A DNA stretch of 19,943 bases. It comes from Elusimicrobiota bacterium. Lineage in GTDB: Bacteria > Elusimicrobiota > Elusimicrobia > Elusimicrobiales > UBA9959. The position numbers were made by a program, and so were the translations under genes. Position 1 is the stretch's first letter. Each line of letters opens with the position of its first letter. The notes below the pieces were generated by a model that ran no database searches, was not told where the DNA came from, and saw only the letters and a list, made by a program, of their open reading frames with translations. Positions 6,588-15,267 of the stretch are shown piece after piece. The stretch lies in NCBI GenBank assembly GCA_037137395.1, contig JBAXKK010000046.1, forward strand, positions 1-19,943, written 5' to 3'.

Positions 6588-7436
6588 TTATCCAGGCTCG
6601 TAATTCTTTATTATTTCCAACGCACTACGATGCTTGAATCCCAAATTTTCCAACTTCTTCAGTAGTTCTTTCCGGCCCAGACTTTCGTCTTTCATGGCCT
6701 CATCAAACTGCATTTTTGTTTCGGAGGATAGAGTTGTGTTGCTGCCGTCATAACCAAAAAACAGTGATTTCCCCTCTTCCAGACTTTTCTGCAGCGTTTT
6801 GGAATAGAACTCCGAATTCCGTCGCAGATTATTCTCTGCGATCAGCTTTATACCACTGTCGGAGCCCACGCCGGAATATTTCCGGCATGCACCCGCACTG
6901 AAACGCACTCCGGGCTCTCTTGCATTTCCTCTCCAGTGAACCAAAAGGACGCCTTTTGGAGGAACCCCGGCTTTATCCCATTTTGCGCTTATCACCGTGC
7001 CGGTAGACCTTTCAAACAGCGCCAGTATCTCGCCGGCAGCCACTGTATAATTGCCGGTTTTCCTGCGTTCGCAGAATATCTTGTTGGCTTCTTCCAGCAA
7101 ATCTCCGGCTCGCGAGGAAATAATGTCTTTTTCCGTTGTACCAGGCCCTACAGGCACGCCGTTTATTGAGGTCTTTCCATTCTCAACCTGAACCTTATAC
7201 GGAGGCTTTATAATATGCCCGTAAACCACAACAAGCCCGGTAGTTATGCCGGTGGTCTGGACTACAGGCTTTATGTCCGTCTTGCCAGGCTTGCCGCCTT
7301 TCCGTACGGCTCTTTTAAAATGCCTGGGGAACTGCTGTCCGGCCAGGCTCGCAGTAGACTTTACAACGCCATATTCGCCGGCCGGACAATTCCCGCACGT
7401 GAACAAAACAACGAATGCCGTAATAAATAACTTCAT
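6588..7436 (-). CDS. Secreted hypothetical protein (282 aa)
   Basis: ATG 7436 preceded by GGAG, with a hydrophobic N-terminus MKLFITAFVVLFTCGNCPA. The stop lies in the duplicated TIR-flank sequence, so the C-terminus may be clipped. Confidence 0.72.
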   Translation of the reverse strand: MKLFITAFVVLFTCGNCPAGEYGVVKSTASLAGQQFPRHFKRAVRKGGKPGKTDIKPVVQTTGITTGLVVVYGHIIKPPYKVQVENGKTSINGVPVGPGTTEKDIISSRAGDLLEEANKIFCERRKTGNYTVAAGEILALFERSTGTVISAKWDKAGVPPKGVLLVHWRGNAREPGVRFSAGACRKYSGVGSDSGIKLIAENNLRRNSEFYSKTLQKSLEEGKSLFFGYDGSNTTLSSETKMQFDEAMKDESLGRKELLKKLENLGFKHRSALEIIKNYEPG

Positions 7437-7659
7437 TTTTTTGCTCCAGGGTTTAATGTGAATTTGCAATTGGAAATACGCGCCATTCATTATGGCGCCA
7501 GTTCATCCTGACTTTCCCGCCTGGTTTCCCTGCGGTCACATATCAAAACGTGCTGCGCAAAACCGGCGCAACAATAAATTTTTAATTTTGATCCTTACCA
7601 GAGGTCCCCCATTAAACTAATACGGAAAAACTTCCCGCCACCTATATAGTGTCCAACCC

Positions 7660-8292
7660 CTACACTATGTACGCCGGATCGTTATTTTTAAGACCGGCGG
7701 CGTTGGCTTCTTCCACATCCAGATGAAGCTCCAGCGCGAATTTATCCGACACGCGGCACAGGACCCGCTCATAAACGGTCTCCCTTTCGGTACCGGCGCC
7801 GCAGCGCACCCGCACCTCGGTCCCATCCTTTATTTTCATCAGCTCGGCGTCCTTGGGATGAAAATGGATATGCCTCTTGGAGAGTATCACGCCTTTTTTT
7901 ATCTCCACGGAACCTTTGGGCCCGATTATTTTGATACCGGGCGTGTTCTCAAGTTTGCCCGAATCCCGTATCGGGGGTTCAATTCCGAGCGCCCTGGCGT
8001 CGCCCAGGCTGACCTCGATCTGCGTATAGGTCCGGTAAGGGCCGATCATCCGAACATTCTTAAGCGTCCCTTTAGGGCCTTCCACGCTGACAAGCTCGTT
8101 GCAGGCAAAAAAGCCGGGCTGGCGGAGCTGCCTGTATAGGACCGGCTCGGCGTCCGCGCCAAAGACCGCCTTAAAATCCTCTTTCGTAAAATGCACATGC
8201 CTGTTTGAAATACCCACGGGCACCGGCGTCTTTGAACGCTCGGCGCGGAGTTTAAGTTCTTCCACTATTTCCCTGGTTAATCCTTCTTCCAT
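7660..8292 (-). CDS. pduL: PduL-type phosphate acyltransferase (phosphotransacylase)
   Basis: VPVGISNRHVH, LRQPGFFA, TQIEVSLGDARALG..PIRDSG, SKRHIH, LELHLDVEEANAAGL. Confidence 0.95.
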   Translation of the reverse strand: MEEGLTREIVEELKLRAERSKTPVPVGISNRHVHFTKEDFKAVFGADAEPVLYRQLRQPGFFACNELVSVEGPKGTLKNVRMIGPYRTYTQIEVSLGDARALGIEPPIRDSGKLENTPGIKIIGPKGSVEIKKGVILSKRHIHFHPKDAELMKIKDGTEVRVRCGAGTERETVYERVLCRVSDKFALELHLDVEEANAAGLKNNDPAYIV

Positions 8293-8320
8293 GTGATTTG
8301 TCCTCGATGTTGTTTATATT

Positions 8321-9091
8321 TTAAAGCACTTCCTCGAAATGGATGACCCGCAGGAACTTATCGGCTTTGAGGCTTTCCCCTCCGACCAGAGCTCCGTCTA
8401 TGTCAGGCTTAGCCATGAGCGTGTCGATATTGTCGGCTTTCACCGAGCCGCCGTAAAGGATGCGGACTCCGGCCGCGTAATCCCCGCCGTAGAGCCTCTC
8501 CATCTGCTTCCTGACGAAGGTATGAGCGTCCTGAGCCTGCTCGGGCGTCGCGGTCTTGCCGGTGCCGATAGCCCACACCGGCTCATAAGCTATAACCACC
8601 CGCGCTATCTCCCCAACCTTAAGGCCGGCGAAAGCTCCGGCGAGCTGCGTTTCCAGCACGCGGTAGGTCTGCTGCGCTTCCCTCTCTTCAAGGGTTTCGC
8701 CGATGCACAGGACGGGCATGATATTATGCGCTAAAGCGGCTTTCATTTTTTTATTTACCACTTCGTCGCTCTCGCCGAATATCTTGCGGCGCTCGGAGTG
8801 TCCTATAATCGCGTGGGTGCAGCCGGCGTCCAGGATCTGGGCTGGCGACACCGCGCCTGTGAAAGCGCCTTTCTCTTCCCAATGCACATCCTGCGATGAA
8901 AGTATAATCTTTGAACCGGACAGGGCTTCGCGCACCGCCGCCAGGTTTGTGTAGGACGGGGCTATCAGCACCTCGTGGCGCAGATCGGGATTAAGACCTT
9001 TTTTGAGGGCCAAGGCCAGCTCACCCGCTTCTTTGGCGTTAAGGTGCATCTTCCAATTACCTGCTATCATGGGTATCCTGTTTTTGTTCAT
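8321..9091 (-). CDS. tpiA: Triosephosphate isomerase
   Basis: AGNWKMH, IIGHSERR, IAYEPVWAIGTG, LYGGSVK, GALVGGESL. Confidence 0.99.
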   Translation of the reverse strand: MNKNRIPMIAGNWKMHLNAKEAGELALALKKGLNPDLRHEVLIAPSYTNLAAVREALSGSKIILSSQDVHWEEKGAFTGAVSPAQILDAGCTHAIIGHSERRKIFGESDEVVNKKMKAALAHNIMPVLCIGETLEEREAQQTYRVLETQLAGAFAGLKVGEIARVVIAYEPVWAIGTGKTATPEQAQDAHTFVRKQMERLYGGDYAAGVRILYGGSVKADNIDTLMAKPDIDGALVGGESLKADKFLRVIHFEEVL

Positions 9092-9110
9092 ATGGTATAT
9101 TTTCCTATTT

Positions 9111-9659
9111 TTATATCATCTCCCTCAAGAGTTCTTTTCTAGGTTGGGGAATTACGACTTTTTCCACCAACAGGCCTTTTTTGGCCGCGACGGCGGCTCC
9201 GGCCGCGACAGCTGTTTCAGCCGCGGCCACGCTGCCGGTCATCGTCACGAAGGCCTTGCCGCCCAGCGCCATTGCCAGACGTATCTCTACAAGCTTGACC
9301 GAGCCGGCTTTTACGGCGGCGTCGGCGGCCTCTATCAGGGCCGAAACCGAGAACGATTCTATCACGCCCAGCGCTTCCAGCTCTTCCACCACGACTGTCC
9401 CCTCTATCGCTGGGAAAACTTCCGGGTGTATATTAGCAATAACAAAACTATCAACCAGCGCGTGGGCGGCCTTATTGGCGCCCGCTTCCACGGCGGAGTT
9501 CACGGCCCCCACTTCGCCCGATATCAATATTATGTACTTGCCGGGACAGACTGATCTGGAAAGCAGCAGCTTCACGTCCGAGTTTTTAAGCATAGCGTCA
9601 GCGGCCTCAAAGCCCCTGGCTATGCTGGAAAGCTCCACTCCGCCGATAGCGTTGTTCAT
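9111..9659 (-). CDS. pduT: Tandem-domain bacterial microcompartment shell protein (BMC-T), PduT-like
   Basis: AIGGVELSSIARG..AADAMLK, SVCPGKY (Fe-S ligand Cys as in PduT), and a second BMC domain ALGVIE...AADAAVKA...ALGGKAFVTMTG. Confidence 0.9.
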   Translation of the reverse strand: MNNAIGGVELSSIARGFEAADAMLKNSDVKLLLSRSVCPGKYIILISGEVGAVNSAVEAGANKAAHALVDSFVIANIHPEVFPAIEGTVVVEELEALGVIESFSVSALIEAADAAVKAGSVKLVEIRLAMALGGKAFVTMTGSVAAAETAVAAGAAVAAKKGLLVEKVVIPQPRKELLREMI

Positions 9660-9663
9660 AAGT

Positions 9664-11010
9664 TTAACCTGCGATTATCTCAATATACTTTTCGTTCACC
9701 TTTAAAACTTGGCCGTCGATACTGGCATGCACCGGCGCGCCCATTTTATCCGCCGGCACCGAGCCTACCACACAGCCTTTCTTCACGCGGTCGCCAACGC
9801 TCACCGCGGGAGAGCAGGGGACGCCGATGTGCTGGCTGAGCGCTATCCTGACGCGCTCGGGTTTATAATTGTGTTCAAGATAGGGGGCGTCGGTATTATA
9901 ATCCGCCAAACCGAGGCGTTTAATAAGTTTGGAAACCGGCACCTTGCGTTCCTCACGCACCGGATGGGGCACGGAGGACCGACCATTATTAAGGGGTGAA
10001 TTTTTAAATCCGACTTTAATCTCCCGCAAATCCGCCTTGGACGCCGCGCACACCTCGCGCGGGTTAAGACCCTCGGGACAGGCGTAAAGGCTGCAGAGCG
10101 AACACTCGCAGCAGAGGAGAGCGTATTCGCTGTGCAATTTCCGCCCTCCGCCGGCGAACATGAGCGAACGCATGGCGCGATGCGGCTGAATGGTATGCCC
10201 CAGAAGATAACGCGGACAGAGCTCGGTGCAAAAAGAGCACTGGTCGCAAACGGACCGGCCTATCCTGGAAAAACCTGGTCTGGATTGGGCTTTTTTGACT
10301 ATCAGGGAATGGTCCCTGGGCAGAACGATTATCCCCCCTGAAGACTTGTTGATCAGCGTGCCAAAATCGGTTATAACGCGTCCCATCATGGGGCCGCCGT
10401 CTATGCCCGCGGCATACCGTATCTTAAGGCCGCCGGCTATTTCCACGGCTTCGGCGTAAGTGATGCCGACCGGCACCTTGATAGTGCAGGGCCTCTTCAC
10501 GGCGCCGGCGACGGTAATATACTTATCGGTGACAGGAGTTTTGTCGGAGAGGGCGGAGTTATAAAGCGTTTCGACATTGCATACCACGCAGCCGATATCT
10601 ATGGGGAGGCCGCCCATGGGGACCACGCGGCCGGTGATATCATAGACCAGGCACTGCTCGTCTCCGGCGGGGTAATAATCTCCCAGCGGTGCAACGGAGA
10701 TATTCTTCCGGGTTTCGGCGATACCATTAAGTCGTTTTATCAGATGCTCGTGTTTTTTCTTTATCCCTATAATGCCGGCGGACGCGCCGACAGAGCGCAT
10801 CATAAGTTCCAGACCGTCAAAGATTTTTTCCGGAAAAAGCTCAAAAAGCTTCTGATCTTTTTTAAGCAGAGGCTCGCATTCCGCGGCGTTCACCAAAACA
10901 TATTCCGCCCGGCTTTGGGCCTTGATATAAGTCGGGAAGCCGGCACCGCCGGCGCCGACTACGCCTGCATCTTTTAGCCTGGCTGAAAATTCTGGGGTAA
11001 AATCGTTCAT
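9664..11010 (-). CDS. pduS: PduS-like flavin/Fe-S oxidoreductase (RnfC-related, SLBB domain)
   Basis: GVVGAGGAGFPT, NAAECEPLL, YPAGDEQ, GGPMMG, two CxxCxxCxxxCP clusters, PVHASIDG; adjacent to pduT. Confidence 0.9.
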   Translation of the reverse strand: MNDFTPEFSARLKDAGVVGAGGAGFPTYIKAQSRAEYVLVNAAECEPLLKKDQKLFELFPEKIFDGLELMMRSVGASAGIIGIKKKHEHLIKRLNGIAETRKNISVAPLGDYYPAGDEQCLVYDITGRVVPMGGLPIDIGCVVCNVETLYNSALSDKTPVTDKYITVAGAVKRPCTIKVPVGITYAEAVEIAGGLKIRYAAGIDGGPMMGRVITDFGTLINKSSGGIIVLPRDHSLIVKKAQSRPGFSRIGRSVCDQCSFCTELCPRYLLGHTIQPHRAMRSLMFAGGGRKLHSEYALLCCECSLCSLYACPEGLNPREVCAASKADLREIKVGFKNSPLNNGRSSVPHPVREERKVPVSKLIKRLGLADYNTDAPYLEHNYKPERVRIALSQHIGVPCSPAVSVGDRVKKGCVVGSVPADKMGAPVHASIDGQVLKVNEKYIEIIAG

Positions 11011-11069
11011 GTTCTGTAAAGCAGCGGACTAAATGACCGAAGGAACGGCAATCTCAAAAATATTCCTCT

Positions 11070-12296
11070 TTATTTCGCAACCAGTCTTTTCTTTACGGCG
11101 ACAGCCAGACGCTTTATGCCTTCCGCGATCTCGTCCGGGGTCGCGTAAGAAAAGTTCAGGCGCATCGTGTTTTTACCGGAACCGTCGCAGTGAAAAGCCG
11201 AGCCGATAACATAAGCCACGTTCTCTTTAATGGCGTCCTCAAACATATCGTCGGCGCTCATGCTCTCAGGGAGCTTTACCCAGAGAAAAAGCCCCCCTTC
11301 GGGTTTGGTCCAGGTGACGCCCTCCGGCATGTGCTCCGCAAGGGCGTTGAGCATGGTGTCTTTCTTCGTCTTATAGACCTTATTAACCCGGGCTATATGC
11401 TTTTCGAAATATCCTGACCGCAGGAACTCCGCGGCGATGAGCTGGTTCAGGCTGGAGGAGCAGAGATCCAGCGACTGCTTAAGTATCTCCATCTTCTTGA
11501 TTATCTGCTCATGCGCCACTATAACTCCGATCCTGAGCCCGGGCGCGAAGGTTTTGGAGAATGTAAACAGCGATATAATGTTGTCCGTATTCCTGGTCTC
11601 TTTGTCCAGACGGTAGATCATTTTGGGAGCGACACCTTCAAACCGAACCTGGCGGTAAGGGGAGTCTTCTATAACTGCGATATTGTATTTTTCAGAAAGT
11701 TCTATAACCTTTCTTCTTCTTTCTTCGGAGAGGGTCACGCCGCTCGGATTCTGAAAATCCGGAACCAGGTACAGAAATTTATAATGCTCGTCCTGGGTCC
11801 GCAGCCAGTTAAGCCGCTCTTCCAGATTGTCCGTCATTATGCCGTCTTCATCCATTTTCACGCCCACAAAATCAGCGCCGTAGGACTTAAACACCTGCAG
11901 GCCGCCCATATAACTGGGCATTTCAACCAGCACGGGGTCTGACGCGTCAATAAACAGGCGGCCCACAATATCAAGCGCCTGCTGTGACGCGGTAGTGACG
12001 ATAATATTTGCGGGCTTAACGGTCAGGCCTTCATGCTTCTGAAGAAACTTAATAAATTCCTCTTTAAACTCGGGCAGGCCGTCGGTGGGGCCGTACTGAA
12101 GGGCGACCCTGCCTTGTTTTGCCATGATATTTTTTACCGCGTCGGCTACAAAATCATAGGGGAACAGTTCGGGGTCCGGAAGACCGCCGGCGAAAGAGAT
12201 TATACCGGGCTTGTTGGTTATTTTCAGGAGTTCCCTGATCACGGAAGCTTTGGTGCGTCTGGGAGCGGCAGCGATGTTCTTTGCTATATCAATCAT
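11070..12296 (-). CDS. PLP-dependent aminotransferase, class I/II (LysN / 2-aminoadipate-aromatic type)
   Basis: IISFAGGLP, ALQYGPT, PDFQNPSG, IEDSPY, TFSKTFAPGLRIG (PLP lysine), EGGLFLW, MRLNFS. Confidence 0.93.
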   Translation of the reverse strand: MIDIAKNIAAAPRRTKASVIRELLKITNKPGIISFAGGLPDPELFPYDFVADAVKNIMAKQGRVALQYGPTDGLPEFKEEFIKFLQKHEGLTVKPANIIVTTASQQALDIVGRLFIDASDPVLVEMPSYMGGLQVFKSYGADFVGVKMDEDGIMTDNLEERLNWLRTQDEHYKFLYLVPDFQNPSGVTLSEERRRKVIELSEKYNIAVIEDSPYRQVRFEGVAPKMIYRLDKETRNTDNIISLFTFSKTFAPGLRIGVIVAHEQIIKKMEILKQSLDLCSSSLNQLIAAEFLRSGYFEKHIARVNKVYKTKKDTMLNALAEHMPEGVTWTKPEGGLFLWVKLPESMSADDMFEDAIKENVAYVIGSAFHCDGSGKNTMRLNFSYATPDEIAEGIKRLAVAVKKRLVAK

Positions 12297-12469
12297 GACG
12301 ACCTCCGGCAGATTACTTGACGGCTTATGGATAATCTACTCTATTAAGATATCTATTTCAAGAAGAAAATTATTAAGCGGCACGGGTCCGCCGGTCATTA
12401 ACAGGCGTATGGAAAATAAACGCTGTTTTTTTCGTCATAAAGCGGATAAGCGCATCTCTTCCGCCCCCC

Positions 12470-12498
12470 TTGACTTTCACGCTATCGCCCCTTATACT
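12470..12498 (+). promoter_or_regulatory. Sigma70-type promoter
   Basis: TTGACT (12470-12475), 17-bp spacer, TATACT (12493-12498), then AGGAGG and ATG 12517. Confidence 0.75.
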
Positions 12499-12516
12499 CT
12501 TAGTATAGGAGGGCGT

Positions 12517-13260
12517 ATGCGGACAACTATCCTTGTGTTTATACTGGCGGGAGTTTTTCACAACCCGGCTAACGCGCAGATAAACTTTGATTCCTGGTCA
12601 GATTTCAAGCTGACCGATAGTATTGCCGCGCAGGATCTGGATATCCCCACCCCTGAACCTGAAATAGCGCCCAAAGATTCTTCCGCTTCCTGCGAAGGCT
12701 ACCCGCTCACAATGGAACTGCGCGATCGCTCCGTAACGCTTCCGGCCACGGGCGTATGGACTCTTGAGTCCCATCTGGCCACTGACGAAGACTCTTTCGC
12801 AAATGGCCGCGCCTTCCCCCGCACTATACGCGAGAACATTTCCGAGCACATCAGCAACGCCTGCACCATGCTTGCCAAGGTTGCCTCCGGCGCCAACTGT
12901 GGCGAAGTTTATGACACAGAGTATGCCAAAGAGTGGACGCCTCCCGAAAATGGAAAAGCCGGACAAGGCTCCGTGGGGAATGTGAGGCCTTCAAAAGCGG
13001 AGGAGATGTGGATATTTAATATGATGTGGGCGGGCAATTCCATACCTAAAGCTGGCACCAAATTCCTCGCCACCTACAACGACATAAGCGTGGTGGTGGT
13101 AGGCGGCTACGAACGCGGGCCCTCATCGGAGCACTTCCTGGGCGGCTTCCAGAGAGAAGTTTTGTGGGCCCTTGGCGCCGAGGAGGACTCAAGCGAAATA
13201 ACCCTCTCCGCGCTTATAGATCAGACGCTCCCCCCCGGCCCCGTCAACTGCCCGAAGTAA
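12517..13260 (+). CDS. Secreted protein (247 aa) with a possible divergent double-psi beta-barrel (RlpA-like) C-terminus
   Basis: RBS AGGAGG, signal peptide MRTTILVFILAGVFHNPANA, Pro-rich linker, four Cys. GTKFLATY...SVVVVGGYERGP...REVLWALG resembles the DPBB pattern GT.v.v...svvv.v.DRGP...AA..LG. Confidence 0.8.
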   Translation: MRTTILVFILAGVFHNPANAQINFDSWSDFKLTDSIAAQDLDIPTPEPEIAPKDSSASCEGYPLTMELRDRSVTLPATGVWTLESHLATDEDSFANGRAFPRTIRENISEHISNACTMLAKVASGANCGEVYDTEYAKEWTPPENGKAGQGSVGNVRPSKAEEMWIFNMMWAGNSIPKAGTKFLATYNDISVVVVGGYERGPSSEHFLGGFQREVLWALGAEEDSSEITLSALIDQTLPPGPVNCPK

Positions 13261-13270
13261 AACCGCAGGA

Positions 13271-13299
13271 TTGACAACTTCGCGACAATGTATCAGAAT
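13271..13299 (+). promoter_or_regulatory. Possible sigma70-type promoter for the YtxH gene
   Basis: TTGACA (13271-13276), 17 bp, CAGAAT (13294-13299). Confidence 0.45.
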
Positions 13300-13345
13300 T
13301 GATGTATCGGGATTTTGCAATGCTAATTTAGATACAGGAGGCATC

Positions 13346-13564
13346 ATGTCAGAAAACAGAAGCGGAGAGATAGTATCGGCTTTCGTGATAGGCGGCCTTA
13401 TCGGCGCCGCCCTGGGCATCCTTTTCGCCCCGGCAAAGGGCAAAGATACCCGCGAGAAGATCAATGAATGGATTGACGACAATACTGAAAAAGCCAAGGA
13501 AAAACTGGAAAAGCTGGAAGAAGAGATAATAAAGAGAAAAGACCAGCTCCTTAAACACAGCTAA
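13346..13564 (+). CDS. YtxH-like protein
   Basis: RBS AGGAGG; FVIGGLIGAALGILFAPAKGKDTREKI followed by a coiled coil. Confidence 0.92.
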   Translation: MSENRSGEIVSAFVIGGLIGAALGILFAPAKGKDTREKINEWIDDNTEKAKEKLEKLEEEIIKRKDQLLKHS

Positions 13565-13620
13565 AACAGCAGTGGCTAGTGAACAGTGACTAGTGTAGTG
13601 TCTCGCAAATCTGGACTTTG

Positions 13621-13655
13621 AACCCCTGTGGCTTTATAGCCGCGGGGGTTTTTTT
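13621..13655 (+). terminator. Rho-independent terminator between convergent genes
   Basis: AACCCCTGTGGCT-TTAT-AGCCGCGGGGGTT hairpin followed by a T tract. Confidence 0.8.
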
Positions 13656-15150
13656 AGTGCGGCGCTGTCGTACTGTCTTGCTGTCGTACTGTCGCGCTAT
13701 CCCCCAACAGCCAGCCCAGGGAGAAGGTCAGCACTGTGCCGATCACGATCATCCAGCTCCAGCCCACCGCTAGACGGCCGGTTTCCGAAAGGTAAAGCAT
13801 AAGACCGGCTACCCCCGCGCTAAAGAACATAGCTATAACATTTCCGACATTGGATTTGCGCGAGGTCAAGAGGCCCAGCAGGAATACGCCGAGCAGGCTG
13901 CCCGCCGTCACGCCGTTGACCTTGTAGGCCAGCCAAAGCATTCCCTGGGCGCTGCGACAACTATAGGCGATGAACGCCAGCACGATGCCGAACGCCGCCA
14001 CGCTCAGGCGAGAGACCAGAAGATAATGCTTCTCCGTCCCGTCCCTCTTGAGCAGCGGCCGGTAAATATCCGTGATGAAAGAAGAGGAGAGCGAGCTGAG
14101 CGGGGAATCTATGCTCGCCATGATTATAGCCATCAGAATTATGCCTTTCATTCCCACAGGCAGAACATGCACGGTGAAGTGTGAAAGGATCTTGTCGGCG
14201 TTATCCGGCACCGGCAGCGACGGATTCTGGGCGTAGAACACGAACAGCAGCGTGCCTATGGCGAGGTACAGAACCAATAAAGGTACTGTCGCGAAAATGG
14301 TGGCTATTATAGTCCTTTGGCTGGCCTCTCTCGTCTTGAGCGTCAGGAGACGCTGCATGAGTTCCTGATCGGTGCCGAAAGCGGCCATGGAGCCGAAGAT
14401 GCCGTTAAGTATGGCTATCCACAAGACATTGGGATCTTTCATGCCCCACCCTAAATTAAACAGCGAAAGTTTCCCGGCTTTGCCCGCTATTTCCGTTATC
14501 GCTCCCATACCTCCGTCGATATGAAAGTAAAGATATCCAAGAATGGCGAACCCGGCCAGAAAAAAAGTGAGAGCTTCAAAAGCTCCGGTCCAAACCACTG
14601 CCTTTATGCCACCGAAGCCGATGAAAACAATGCTTATACATGTAAAAAATGCCAATGTGCCCGCCAGCGGCCAGCCCATGATAACCGACACGGCCAGCGA
14701 AGCGGCGTAAAGTCTCAGGCCAGAGGCGAAAAGCCGCGTGGCGAAAAAAAAGAACGAGCCCGCGTACTGGGTTTTGGCGCCGAAGCGATGTTTTAGGAAT
14801 TCATAGATCGTAGTGCAGTTGTATTTATAGAAAGCCGGTATGAAGAGGTAAGCGATGATAATCCTGGCCGAAGCTGAACCGATAAAAAACTGCAGGTACT
14901 GCCAGTTCTCTTTAAAACCGGTCGCTGGCACCCCCACAATGGTCATGGCGCTGATCTCGGTGGCGACAAAGGAAAGCGTGGCCGCCCAGACCGGGATCTT
15001 GCGGCGGGCGACGAAGTAATCCTGCGTATCAGCTTCGTTTCTGCCCTTGAAATACGAGATGACAAGAAGCACCGTCACAGCCAAGGCGACCCAGGTGTAA
15101 TCGGCAAAACCAAGGGTGCTTATGCGTTCAAGAGCTGTAGTCTCATTCAT
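13654..15150 (-). CDS. Sodium:solute symporter (SSS family)
   Basis: DYFVARRKIPVWA..LSFVATEISAMT, TIYEFLKHRFG, GGIKAVVWT, GTDQELMQR; many transmembrane segments. Confidence 0.93.
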   Translation of the reverse strand: MNETTALERISTLGFADYTWVALAVTVLLVISYFKGRNEADTQDYFVARRKIPVWAATLSFVATEISAMTIVGVPATGFKENWQYLQFFIGSASARIIIAYLFIPAFYKYNCTTIYEFLKHRFGAKTQYAGSFFFFATRLFASGLRLYAASLAVSVIMGWPLAGTLAFFTCISIVFIGFGGIKAVVWTGAFEALTFFLAGFAILGYLYFHIDGGMGAITEIAGKAGKLSLFNLGWGMKDPNVLWIAILNGIFGSMAAFGTDQELMQRLLTLKTREASQRTIIATIFATVPLLVLYLAIGTLLFVFYAQNPSLPVPDNADKILSHFTVHVLPVGMKGIILMAIIMASIDSPLSSLSSSFITDIYRPLLKRDGTEKHYLLVSRLSVAAFGIVLAFIAYSCRSAQGMLWLAYKVNGVTAGSLLGVFLLGLLTSRKSNVGNVIAMFFSAGVAGLMLYLSETGRLAVGWSWMIVIGTVLTFSLGWLLGDSATVRQQDSTTAPH

Positions 15151-15228
15151 TATAAATCCGCTCGCAGAGTAAAATTGTCATTTGCCATCAGCCGTTTGCC
15201 ATTCGCAGATTAAAACGCTATTTAGCCT

Positions 15229-15267
15229 GAAAGTTGCAGTTGCAACTTTCCGCCCGCACTGCGGGCG
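15229..15267. repeat. Two abutting perfect palindromes
   Basis: GAAAGTTGCA-GT-TGCAACTTTC (15229-15250) and CGCCCGCA-C-TGCGGGCG (15251-15267). Confidence 0.8.

Noticed and set aside
9664..11010. Calling this gene rnfC
   Set aside because: No other rnf genes are present. Domain order and adjacency to a PduT-like shell gene fit PduS.
12211..12516. N-terminal extension of the 349-aa ORF
   Set aside because: It overlaps the divergent aminotransferase start. Promoter, RBS and signal peptide all point to ATG 12517.
13568..13695. Short repeats CAGTGRCTAGTG and GCTGTCGTACTGTC flanking the terminator
   Set aside because: Only two copies each, short, with no supporting structure.
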